A stretch of 64,000 nucleotides of DNA from Candidatus Brocadiia bacterium (lineage in GTDB: Bacteria; Planctomycetota; Brocadiia; SM23-32). The notes beneath the pieces are model-generated. The model made no database searches. It was not told the DNA's origin and saw only the letters and a program-made list of their open reading frames with translations. A program made the translations under genes and the position numbers. The stretch is from contig JBKHIT010000022.1 in NCBI GenBank assembly GCA_046538485.1, positions 10,712-74,711 on the forward strand, written 5' to 3'. The stretch's first letter is position 1. Every line of letters starts with the position of its first letter. Of this stretch, positions 46,962 through 56,344 are shown piece by piece.

Positions 46962-49835
46962 TCAGCGCGGGTTCTCCTGTTCGGCTTCGGCCTGAGCGGC
47001 CGTCCTGAAGGTTGCGCGGGACATCCGGCGGAGCTGGAAGCAAGTCAGCACGATAACCATGGCACCCAGCACCCATCCCATGGCCGCACCGACACTGAAA
47101 TCAAGTTCCATCCAGGCCCTCTGGAAAATGTCCAAACCCAGGGTGCGCGTGGCCCCACTCGGCCCTCCACCGGTCAGGACCATGATGAAGCTCGCTCCAC
47201 CCTTTAATCCCCCGATTACAGCCCCCAGAAGATTGATCAAAATCAGAAACTTAATCCGTGGCAGGGTGATGTAACTGATCCTCTGGATTATGCCCGCTCC
47301 GTCAATCGTCGCGGCTTCCACAAGATCCTCAGGAACGGTCTTCAGGGCCGCCAGATAGATAATACAACCGGGTCCGGCCGACGCCCAGACCATCGGAATC
47401 ACAACGCATATCATGGCCATGCCCGGATCTTCGATCCAACCGAGCGGCTCCATGTTGAACTGACCGACAAAACTCCCAAGGTAGGATTTCAGACCGTTCC
47501 AGCCGCTGACCAGTTCCGGGTCCAGATTCTGCGCCTCGATCACCAGTTCGTTTGGACCCATGTACTCGCGAACCAGCGGCCAGATGGTTGCCGCCAGAAG
47601 AGCAAACGCGAAAGCTCCGACGGCCGCGCGCACCGGCCAGCTGAGCTCTTTAAGTTTGATCGCACAGGAAAAAACGAATCCGATCAGTGATAGCCAGCAC
47701 AACAACATTACGACTTTCACCAGCGTGGCACCGACCGGTCCCAGGTAGTTCACGGACATGACGATCTGGTTCAAGAAGCCGGACTCCGAAGGATCGTAAA
47801 ACTGGCGCCATAGAAACACCATGATGATCCCACTGACGATCGTCGGCAGATAGAAGATGGTCCTGAAAAAGTACTTGAGAGCTTTCGTTGGCACCTCATC
47901 CAGCAGTATCGCCACCAGGATGGGCGGCCAAAAACCCAGCCCCACTACCAGAAGCGCATAGTAGAACGTCCGGCCCATGGAAGCCCAAAACCGGGGATCG
48001 TACAGAATTTTTGCGAAATTGCCCAGCCCGGCAAACTCGCTCTCTATGGCCAGTTCATAATCAAACAAAGCCAGTGGAATTCCCAGAATCAACGGCAAAT
48101 AACGCACGAAAACAACCAGCGCAAGCCCCGGGAGCAACATCAAATAGGCATATCGTAATTTGCTGAATGATGGACGATCGCCCATCTGTTCCTCCTGACG
48201 GGTAAATGCGCGCCAGGCGAACGTTACAGTGGTGACGAAAAGAACAATGATAATCACCAGAGCAATCCCACCGACGGTATAACGGATCATCCGTTCCCTT
48301 TTCGTCAGTTCACCGAGCATGTGCTCATTCACTCGGGCGGCCCCCTCGTCCAGTTTGTGTTTTATCCGGGACAACGCCTCATCCTTCGGCAGGTTCAGCA
48401 ACGCCGCATTTTCAAGCGTCCAGTTTATGGGCTCGCTTACGTACCGATAGATCATCTGCGTATTCTTGCCATAAGGCTCCGGAACACCCGATTCGAAAGC
48501 CGTCTCGATGGTCTTGCTCCACGCTTCCGGAACCCGTCGGGCAACATCTTCGTATCCATAGCGTTTCAGGACTTCCGGCTCCAAAAATTCTCCGTAGCCG
48601 GCATCGACGAAAGAACGGGTTCGCAGTTCCTCGGCGTGGCGGCCGGTCAGGAACCAGATGTAACGCATCACGCCAAGTTGCTGTTGCGGAGATGACCCCG
48701 AAAATGTCCCCAGCATGCGGCAGTTCAGTTCGCTCGCCGCCCGACCTTCGGGAGGCGTTGGCACGGGAGCCACACCCACCATTGCAGGATTAATATCCTG
48801 TGCGCGCTCGTAAGAAAGGTAAGTAAATTTCATGCCGATCTCGCCCCGGTTCCATTTGATCCGCATCTCTTTACCGCCGCCCATCGGAGCAAAAGCAACT
48901 CCCTCAAGCATCCGTCCGTCTTCCGTCTCGAATTCCTCATGCACCAGTCGGACGATGTAGTAGAGCGCTTCCGCAGCCTCCATCGTATTGAACGCCGCGC
49001 GCCACTCCCCCTCCTCATTCCGCTCGACGTAACGCACACCCTTTGATACCAGAAAACTGTACGCCGACCAGCTGACAACGGGGCCGGTTATGAACATGAT
49101 CCCGAAATGTCCTGATTGCGCTGCGCGGATCTGCCGGGAAAATTCCATCAGTTCTTTCCACGTGCGCGGCGGTCGTTCGGGATCCAGCCCTGCTCGGTTG
49201 AACACATCCTTGCGGTAGAGGAGAGCTCGCACAAGGTTATCAAACGGCATTGCCCAGACGTGTTTGCCTCCCGGCACACCCTTGCGGCCCCCCGTATCCG
49301 CCATGCGATAAACAACGGGCCACGCCGGTCCGACTACCCGTTCCTTTATCCTTTGCAGTGCATCCTCCACGACCTCGGGTTTCGGATCGGCCAGCCAGTT
49401 GCCAGCATCATCCGCCTGACGAGTTCGGGGATTATCACTGATGAGACGAGCAAGAAGAATCTCCAGGGGCGCCAGGAAACCGTGATTGATGTAGGTCGAA
49501 GACTGACGGAAATTGACATATATTCCGTGTGGCGGAACCCCGGTCGCGATGGACATCAAGGGGCCCTGATCCATCGCCATTCCTTCGATCTCGGGGAAGG
49601 TAAATGGTATCAGCTTGTACTGCGGAAATTTCTGGGCGAATTCCCGGACAATCTTACGATTGACCTGAGCCTCCACGCCCGTCTGAATCGGATTGGGCAG
49701 GGTCTGCATCCGGAGGAGGATATCTTCTTCCGATTGCGCTTCTTTCGTCCCGGCAGCGGCAGGAGTTAAAGAGATTATGAAGAGTATAGCAACCAGAACG
49801 AAGCAAAATTCTTTCAATCGCCCGCTATTCAACAT
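46962..49835 (-). CDS. Fusion of a sugar-binding protein and a MalF-like permease
   Basis: Signal peptide, family 1 SBP (LLYRKDVFNRAGLDP..PPRTW), then permease (GLGNF, YLAALKTVPEDLVEAATIDGAG). Confidence 0.88.
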   Translation of the reverse strand: MLNSGRLKEFCFVLVAILFIISLTPAAAGTKEAQSEEDILLRMQTLPNPIQTGVEAQVNRKIVREFAQKFPQYKLIPFTFPEIEGMAMDQGPLMSIATGVPPHGIYVNFRQSSTYINHGFLAPLEILLARLISDNPRTRQADDAGNWLADPKPEVVEDALQRIKERVVGPAWPVVYRMADTGGRKGVPGGKHVWAMPFDNLVRALLYRKDVFNRAGLDPERPPRTWKELMEFSRQIRAAQSGHFGIMFITGPVVSWSAYSFLVSKGVRYVERNEEGEWRAAFNTMEAAEALYYIVRLVHEEFETEDGRMLEGVAFAPMGGGKEMRIKWNRGEIGMKFTYLSYERAQDINPAMVGVAPVPTPPEGRAASELNCRMLGTFSGSSPQQQLGVMRYIWFLTGRHAEELRTRSFVDAGYGEFLEPEVLKRYGYEDVARRVPEAWSKTIETAFESGVPEPYGKNTQMIYRYVSEPINWTLENAALLNLPKDEALSRIKHKLDEGAARVNEHMLGELTKRERMIRYTVGGIALVIIIVLFVTTVTFAWRAFTRQEEQMGDRPSFSKLRYAYLMLLPGLALVVFVRYLPLILGIPLALFDYELAIESEFAGLGNFAKILYDPRFWASMGRTFYYALLVVGLGFWPPILVAILLDEVPTKALKYFFRTIFYLPTIVSGIIMVFLWRQFYDPSESGFLNQIVMSVNYLGPVGATLVKVVMLLCWLSLIGFVFSCAIKLKELSWPVRAAVGAFAFALLAATIWPLVREYMGPNELVIEAQNLDPELVSGWNGLKSYLGSFVGQFNMEPLGWIEDPGMAMICVVIPMVWASAGPGCIIYLAALKTVPEDLVEAATIDGAGIIQRISYITLPRIKFLILINLLGAVIGGLKGGASFIMVLTGGGPSGATRTLGLDIFQRAWMELDFSVGAAMGWVLGAMVIVLTCFQLRRMSRATFRTAAQAEAEQENPR

Positions 49836-50139
49836 GCTCTATTCCTTGATTACTCATTCAGTAGCCCTGATCATAAGGAACTGGCCAGAAATTTCAAGAG
49901 GCAGCCTTTTGTTACTGCAATCTTTCCCGTAAGATTTCCCCGTAAACCCGGAGGCGGATGCGAAGTCCGGGCGAGCGAAAAACGCTGCCACTCTGCTGGA
50001 TAAGACTCCCACGATTCTCCAGTCAACGCCCCACCCCGCCCCGCGAATGTATATCAATATTCCCGCGGCAACTTGACGTTACCAGAAACCAGCTCTAAGC
50101 TTTGGGTCGGTTGCAAAAAACAAATCGTTTCCGGGAGAA

Positions 50140-51546
50140 TTGATCGTGAGTGCACCAAGCCAGAGGCCAAACTTTGTTTTCATCTTCGCCGATGACTGGG
50201 GATGGGGCGATCTGGGATGCTACGGACATCCGCACATTCAAACCCCCAACCTCGACCGGCTGGCATCCGAGGGAACCCTGTTCTCGCAATTCTACGTATG
50301 CAGCGGTGTATGTTCGCCCAGCCGAGCCGCCGTGATGACCGGCCGGTTCCCCGCGCGACACGGCATCCACGGACACCTGGCTTCCCATGAAGCGAATGAT
50401 CGGCGGGGAATGCCACATTGTCTGGACCCCAACGCCCCCACTTACACCAGTCTCCTGCAGAAAGCCGGATACCGGGTGGGGCATTTTGGCAAATGGCATC
50501 TCGGACACGGTGAAGGCGTGCCGGAACCTTCCGAATACGGTATCGATAAGACCCGGGTCAACGCTGGAAACGGCCCGCAGCTCGAATACAGACGTCAGGA
50601 TTGGAAACCCGGGCTGCGTAGTAAGTCCAGCGAGTTCATCGTCAAGCATACAATGCGTTTCATCGAGGAAAATCAAAAAGAACCGTTCTTCGTCAACTTC
50701 TGGCTCAACGACACACACGCCATACTGGATCCGAGCGAAGAACAAACCGAACCCTATGATCACCTGAAACCGGATCTTGTTGGTGAAAAAGACCGCGGAG
50801 CTCTGGCCATTTACTACGGGACGGCCACCGGTGCCGACCGGCAGATCGGACGGCTCCTGGATCGGCTGGACAAACTCGACCTCGCGGAGAACACGGTCGT
50901 AATTTTTTCATCCGACAACGGCCCGGAGGACATCCTCATTCACAACGCCAGCCACAGTGGGGTTGGCAGTGCCGGACCGTTTCGGGGACGAAAACGCAGT
51001 TTCTACGAGGGAGGAATCCGCACCCCGTTCATCCTGCGATGGCCCGCGGGCAACGGATCGCGCGGCGTGGTTGATAATACCACACCGCTCTGTGGTGTAG
51101 ACCTGTTGCCGACCTTCTGCCGTCTTGCCGGTGTGGACCTGCCGGAAGGACTCAACCCTGACGGCGAGGATATGTCGGAAGTCTTCCACGGTGCACAGCG
51201 CCGGCGCCGAACACCGCTTATGTGGGAATGGCGTTTCCGGATCTTCGGGCATCCGCTTCATCGGAGCCCGATGCTGGCTGTTCGGGAGGGGGATTACAAG
51301 TTGTTGCTGAATCCCGACCGAAGCCGCACAGAACTCTACAACATACCCGACGATCCGCGGGAGATGAACGATCTTTCAGCCGCCGAACCCGACGTGGCGG
51401 ATGAACTTGCCGGCAAAGCCCTCGAGTGGCAGCGGTCGTTGCCCTCCGGTCCGGTGCTGCGGAGCGCCGGTTCCGACCACTACCCATGGCCCGGCGAGCA
51501 CTATAAAAACGAGGGCGGAATGTACCGTCCCAATTGGTACGGCTAA
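50140..51546 (+). CDS. Sulfatase (Cys-type, formylglycine-dependent)
   Basis: PNFVFIFADDWG, CSPSRAAVMTG, FGKWHLG, SSDNG, YEGGIRTP. Confidence 0.94.
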   Translation: MIVSAPSQRPNFVFIFADDWGWGDLGCYGHPHIQTPNLDRLASEGTLFSQFYVCSGVCSPSRAAVMTGRFPARHGIHGHLASHEANDRRGMPHCLDPNAPTYTSLLQKAGYRVGHFGKWHLGHGEGVPEPSEYGIDKTRVNAGNGPQLEYRRQDWKPGLRSKSSEFIVKHTMRFIEENQKEPFFVNFWLNDTHAILDPSEEQTEPYDHLKPDLVGEKDRGALAIYYGTATGADRQIGRLLDRLDKLDLAENTVVIFSSDNGPEDILIHNASHSGVGSAGPFRGRKRSFYEGGIRTPFILRWPAGNGSRGVVDNTTPLCGVDLLPTFCRLAGVDLPEGLNPDGEDMSEVFHGAQRRRRTPLMWEWRFRIFGHPLHRSPMLAVREGDYKLLLNPDRSRTELYNIPDDPREMNDLSAAEPDVADELAGKALEWQRSLPSGPVLRSAGSDHYPWPGEHYKNEGGMYRPNWYG

Positions 51547-51745
51547 TCACAGGGCGCATTCGGCGTCCGATGTTCGTCTGTGCTTGCAAAGTCGGCAGCC
51601 GATAGTCGTTCGTGGGGCGTGATTTCTGGTTACTGGTTTCTGATGCAAACAGCTCAACTTTCGGTGCTTCTTCGGTCAAACGGATGGGCCATTCCTGTCC
51701 CTTGCAGCTCTGTCGTCTGTTTGTCCATTGTTTAACCCGCGTAGT

Positions 51746-52238
51746 ACCGGGCTATCGGGGTTACCGGGCTATCGGGGTCGGACCAACACAAGTCTTTCAT
51801 AAGAAACTTTTTGCAACCGGGCTATCGGGGTCGGACCAACACAAGTCTTTCATAAGACACTTTTTGCAACAAAAAAGCTCCTGTATAGCGCTTAGAACGG
51901 GGTTTTTGACCCCAAAATCGTCCGGCTAAGAACTCCTCTGGTGCCGGGCGCCACCTGAACCAGCGCATCCCGCCCACCACGCACGAGGGCTTGACCGGTC
52001 GCGTTCAGCTGTCAAAACCAACTGAAACCAGGTTGTTGATTTTCGTTTCCGCCGTCCTCCACAACGCGGCGTTATCATTATTGTACTGAGGCCAACCTAA
52101 TACTTCAATCCCTATTACCAAATCGCTTAGCAGCCCCATTTCACCCCCAAAATACCCCATCTAAGCCATATACAGGAGCTCTTTGTGTCATAACTATTGT
52201 TTCGAAAGCAACTTCGGATGGTCCGACCCGGATGCCCC
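51746..52238. mobile_element. Non-autonomous MITE-like element with about 110-bp imperfect terminal inverted repeats
   Basis: Left arm 51816-51930 versus right arm 52126-52238 share GGGTCGGACCA, AGCTCCTGTATA (12/12: 51876-51887 vs 52169-52180), GCTTAGA, GGGGT and GCTAAG. No transposase ORF. Confidence 0.7.
51763..51870. repeat. 53-bp tandem duplication of the element's left end, plus an extra 16-bp partial copy at 51746
   Basis: ACCGGGCTATCGGGGTCGGACCAACACAAGTCTTTCATAAGA(A/C)ACTTTTTGCA occurs twice with one mismatch. Confidence 0.9.
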
Positions 52239-53523
52239 GCCCGAACAGCTTTATCGACGCCGCCCGGGCCCACCGCGAAAGCGCGCACCTTTTCGGCAGG
52301 CCGGAAGGCGGTGCCGGCGGCCACGGCGGGACTGTCCTTGCCTTCAACGCATCCGGCGAGAACGCTCCCATGCACGGCCTTGTGGAGCTGAAGCCGACGG
52401 GACAGACCCAGAGGCAGGTGGAATTCGTGAAGCCGGGCGCTCCAGGCGGCGCCGGAATCTACGGTATCGCCGTCGATCCCGTGCCCGCCGAATCGATGGG
52501 CACCGTCGCCTGCAGCGGCGGGCCGTGGCCTCTTCTTGTGGACGCCCCTGATGTGGCGTCAACCCCCGGTCGCGTGTGCGGGCCGGATATGAGCAGCGAC
52601 GGCACTCCTTCATCTTCCTGGCTGGCAACGTCGGGATCGGCTGTGTTCGCTGTCGTGCGGGCCGCCGAGGAAATCGACGGTGCGCACCGGGCGCTGGTCC
52701 GCTTTCGCGATGCCGAGGGTATATACCAGGTCACGGAAGTTGCCGGTGATTCCTGCACCGTGGGCTGGCCGGACAGCGACGGAGACGTCGTGCCCGGAAC
52801 CGAGATTGAGGGCGTGCTCTACGATGCCACCCGACCGCCCATCACCGGGGACCGGGGCATCCTGACGGTGACCGCCGACAGCCACCTCTTTTTTTTAGCC
52901 GTGGCCTCTCGCGCATCTACTGCCCACCGAACTGGAGGATGGTCTGTGATGAGGGTTCCGGCGAGGACGATCCCGTCCTGCGTCTCACCTACATGGCCGG
53001 CACGTGGGTACAGACGGCCCATAGCTGGATGGTATGGAAGCTGGATGAGCCCATCCGGGTCAGTCCGGGCATGCGCCTGCACGTGCAGGTGCCGCTCTAC
53101 GGCTGCGTGACCCGTTACCAGTCGCCCAGCGGCGAGGGCGAGATGAGCGATGCCACCTTCGGATACGGCAGCACGCGCATCATCCTGGAGGATTTCGATC
53201 TCGACGCGCTGACCTACGACGAGCTGACCGGTCTTGATACCGAGAAGTCCAATCACCTGGTGGTCTTCCAGGTCAGCCCGAATCCCTACAACGACATCGA
53301 CCAGGACATCGGGAGGGCTCAGCTCGCGCCCAGGTGGTCCACCGAGGAAGTCTACGGTTTCGCCCTGACTCCGCCCGGTAGCGCGACGGTCTACGGCGAT
53401 CCGGCCGGAAGCGATTACCTGCAGTGCCGCTTTCCCGCGATCTACGGCTACCACGAAGAGCCGGAACTGTATTATCCCCGGGCGCGATGCTGGTTGCTGC
53501 AGGACACCATAATCTACAGATGA
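52232..53523 (+). pseudogene. 5'-truncated phage structural gene with a -1 frame change at a T8 run
   Basis: The ATG at 52232 lies inside the MITE arm. ORFs 52232-53110 and 52939-53523 join at T8 (52889-52896): HLFF-SRGLSRIYCPPNWRMVCDE. Confidence 0.55.
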
Positions 53524-53536
53524 GAGGAGAAAACCC

Positions 53537-54169
53537 ATGAGCGGAAGCAACTATCTTGAGGATGCGGTTCTCAACCACATCTTCGACAAGGCGAGCTACC
53601 CGGCGCCGACGGTCCACGTGGGCCTCAGCACGGCCGATCCCGGTGAGGACGGAAGCGGTCTGTCCGAACCGGTCGGCGGCGCTTACGACCGGGTCGTCAC
53701 CGCGCCCGCCGACTGGAACGCCTCCAGCGGCGGCATGATCAATAACGCCGTCGACCTGACCTTCGCCGAGGCCACCGAGGCGTGGGGCACGATCACGCAT
53801 TTCGGGTTGTTCGATAAGGCCATTGCCTCGCACTCCATCACGGGCGTAACGACCGGTGGCGTGGGGAGCGGGGCCTTCATCGTGTCGGGCGACATCACCT
53901 CGGAGTTGGAAGAGGGAGCCCTTCTGCGCATTCACGGCAGTACAGGCAACGACGGCCTCTACACTGTGCGCGCCGGTTCCAGCTACGACGGCGGTGCCGA
54001 CGAGACCACGGTAAACGTTGAGGAGGCCGTGAGCGATTCGACGGTCGACGGCACGCTCCAGACTCTCGGCAACCTGCTCTTCAGCGGGACGCTCCAGTCC
54101 AGCAAGGAGATCGAGGCGGGCGATACGGCCAAGTTCGGCGCCAACGACCTTGAGATCACCGCCGACTGA
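53537..54169 (+). CDS. Phage tail-associated protein with an internal inserted domain
   Basis: SNYLEDAVLNHIF...VGLSTADPGE...YDRV...WGTITHFGLFD-[about 80 aa]-GNLLFSGTL..SKEIEAGD. GAGGAG RBS. Confidence 0.75.
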   Translation: MSGSNYLEDAVLNHIFDKASYPAPTVHVGLSTADPGEDGSGLSEPVGGAYDRVVTAPADWNASSGGMINNAVDLTFAEATEAWGTITHFGLFDKAIASHSITGVTTGGVGSGAFIVSGDITSELEEGALLRIHGSTGNDGLYTVRAGSSYDGGADETTVNVEEAVSDSTVDGTLQTLGNLLFSGTLQSSKEIEAGDTAKFGANDLEITAD

Positions 54170-54180
54170 GGGAGGGGGCC

Positions 54181-54498
54181 GTGAGTATTACTCTCAACAA
54201 CCCCATGGGCGGGGAAACCGAGGGTTTCCTGGAACAGTACGAATGGACCGACGACGGTGGCACCACTCACGTGGTGACCTACACGCCCGACCAGGCCGGT
54301 GGCTCGGGGCCGGGCGTGGGGGGCGAAGGATGGACCGTGGGCAGCACCCCGTGGCAAGCGGGCGAGCCGGAGATCTTTTTCGCCACCGACCCGTTCGGCG
54401 GCGGCACCTGGAATGCCTACAACCCGGACGCGGGGACGGGCTACATGTTCACGCAGTTCGAGGACGGCACCGGCGGTGGCGGCGGACCGGCTTTCTGA
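54181..54498 (+). CDS. Hypothetical acidic Gly-rich phage protein
   Basis: GGAGG RBS, GTG start; fills the gap between its neighbours exactly. Confidence 0.6.
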   Translation: MSITLNNPMGGETEGFLEQYEWTDDGGTTHVVTYTPDQAGGSGPGVGGEGWTVGSTPWQAGEPEIFFATDPFGGGTWNAYNPDAGTGYMFTQFEDGTGGGGGPAF

Positions 54499-54510
54499 GG
54501 AGAACGCGCC

Positions 54511-55482
54511 ATGAGCAACGGAACTGGACCCGCAAGCGGCCTGGTCTTCGAGGACCTGTTCACCGGCGACGAGATGCACTTTTTGCCCCCTTCGGGCCCG
54601 ACGCCGAAGGAGCTGGCGGGAAGTGCCGCGCTTTCGTTTGCCGGTGCGGGCGACCTTCAGGTTATCCACGGGTTGCAACGCCTGGAGGGGGCGGCGGGCC
54701 TGACTCTGTCCGGCTCGGCCCGAGCGGCGGTCGCCTGGTCGCTTGGCGCCGCGGGCGCTCTGAGTCTGGAAGCGACCGATACGTCCGGCATTTTGAAAGG
54801 CACCGCCGGTCTGGTTTTCGAAGGCGCCGGCGCGTGCAGGGCGGCCTGGACGCTCGGCGGCACGGCCGTGGTGAACCTCGACGGTTCGGCAGCGGCGGGT
54901 CTTATCCGAAGTGTGGTCGGAAACGCCCCTCTCATCTGCAGCGCTCAGGCGGGGCTCGCGCGCAGGAGGTCGGTGGCGGGAACGTGCGGGCTTACGTGCG
55001 CCCTGAACGATCCTCGGTTGGTGCGGTTCTGGATTCCGTCCCTGTCGGTGCCGGCCGGCCAGTGGGACCGGCGCCGCCTCACCTGGGCGACAGATGAACC
55101 GGTTGAGCTGTGGATCGATGGCGAGCACTACGCCACGCTTGAGGGTGGCGAGCTTATCGTGCCACACGATCTGGAGATACGGCAGATGCTCGATGTGTGG
55201 GACGAGCCGCCCGAGCACGTGCCGACGCCCGACGACCGGGTGGCGCTCTCATGGACCGGCGATGCCGTCTTCTACCAGGTCTGGAGGCGCAAAGACGGCG
55301 GCGCGTGGGAGATGATCGACCGGACGGAGCTTACCGAGTACGTGGACGGGCCGCTTCCCGACGGCGCCTACGATTACCGGGTCGTGGCCTTGGATGAGGA
55401 GGGCGACGCGGCCGAGTCGGAAGTGAAGAGCATGGTGGTAAACAGCGCGCCGGAGTCGCCCGCCCGACTGACACTGGAATAG
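54511..55482 (+). CDS. Phage structural protein: Ala/Gly-rich repeats plus a C-terminal fibronectin-III-like domain
   Basis: LxGxAxLxxxG repeats; VALSWTG...YQVWRR...YVDGPL..GAYDYRVVA. Confidence 0.65.
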   Translation: MSNGTGPASGLVFEDLFTGDEMHFLPPSGPTPKELAGSAALSFAGAGDLQVIHGLQRLEGAAGLTLSGSARAAVAWSLGAAGALSLEATDTSGILKGTAGLVFEGAGACRAAWTLGGTAVVNLDGSAAAGLIRSVVGNAPLICSAQAGLARRRSVAGTCGLTCALNDPRLVRFWIPSLSVPAGQWDRRRLTWATDEPVELWIDGEHYATLEGGELIVPHDLEIRQMLDVWDEPPEHVPTPDDRVALSWTGDAVFYQVWRRKDGGAWEMIDRTELTEYVDGPLPDGAYDYRVVALDEEGDAAESEVKSMVVNSAPESPARLTLE

Positions 55483-55495
55483 GAGGAGATGAATT

Positions 55496-56335
55496 ATGGC
55501 GGACAAGAAGCTGAACGAACTCGACCAGATCCGGGCGCCGGCTCCCGAGGCGCTGCTTTACCTGCTGCAGGGAGGCGTCGATTACAGGATCGAGAGACAA
55601 CACCTGCTGGCACTGGCCGGCTACGTGAAGGGGCTCGGGCTGGAGTATCTGGACGACCGCAGTGTCACTGTTTCCGAAGGCCGGGCCACTGCCTCCACGG
55701 GTGATTTCCTGATCACGCTGGACGCCCCGGTCACGGTCGACCTGACCGCAATCGGCGCTGGCGGGCTGGACAGCGGTACAGAAGCGCCGGACACGTGGTA
55801 TGCGGTCCACCTGATCGGGGACACCACGGGCGCCAACCCCGCAGGCGCTCTGTTTTCAACGAGCGCCGATAGCCCCACGCTTCCCGGCGGCTATGACAGG
55901 TCGCGACGGATCGGCTGGGTGCGGAACGACTCGGCCGGGGACCTGATTCCGTTCTGGCAGCGGGGATCGGGCCGGCGGCGTATCTGTTATTACAACACCG
56001 AGTCCCAGGACACTCGCATTCTACACCAGGGCCAGAACACCACCTGGACAACGGTGGAGGGGGCGGCGTTTTTGCCGCCGACATGCCGGGAGGCCTACAT
56101 GGCCGTCTGTTTCGCGCGGCTTACGGGCGAACCGACGCACCGCCTTTACCTGCGCCCGCCCGGAAGCAGCGCGGAGTTGCCGCTGTGGATGTTCCAGCAC
56201 CCGACCGGCTCCTGGCCGGGCATCACCCGCATGTGCTGGATTCCAACCGGCGGCGCGCAGTCGCTCCAGTACCGGGTCGACAGCACCGAGAGTCGGGCGT
56301 TTCTGGACGTGGCTGGTTTTGGCGACAGCCTGTAG
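55496..56335 (+). CDS. Phage tail-fibre-like protein
   Basis: AGGAGGAG RBS; GAGGLDSGTEAPDTWYAVHLI...STSADSPTLPGGY..SRRIGWVRNDS. Confidence 0.7.
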   Translation: MADKKLNELDQIRAPAPEALLYLLQGGVDYRIERQHLLALAGYVKGLGLEYLDDRSVTVSEGRATASTGDFLITLDAPVTVDLTAIGAGGLDSGTEAPDTWYAVHLIGDTTGANPAGALFSTSADSPTLPGGYDRSRRIGWVRNDSAGDLIPFWQRGSGRRRICYYNTESQDTRILHQGQNTTWTTVEGAAFLPPTCREAYMAVCFARLTGEPTHRLYLRPPGSSAELPLWMFQHPTGSWPGITRMCWIPTGGAQSLQYRVDSTESRAFLDVAGFGDSL

Positions 56336-56344
56336 GGGACAACA

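Noticed and set aside
51746-51870. Possible CRISPR array
   Set aside because: Only two near-identical 53-bp units with no unique spacers and no cas genes; better explained as a duplicated element end.
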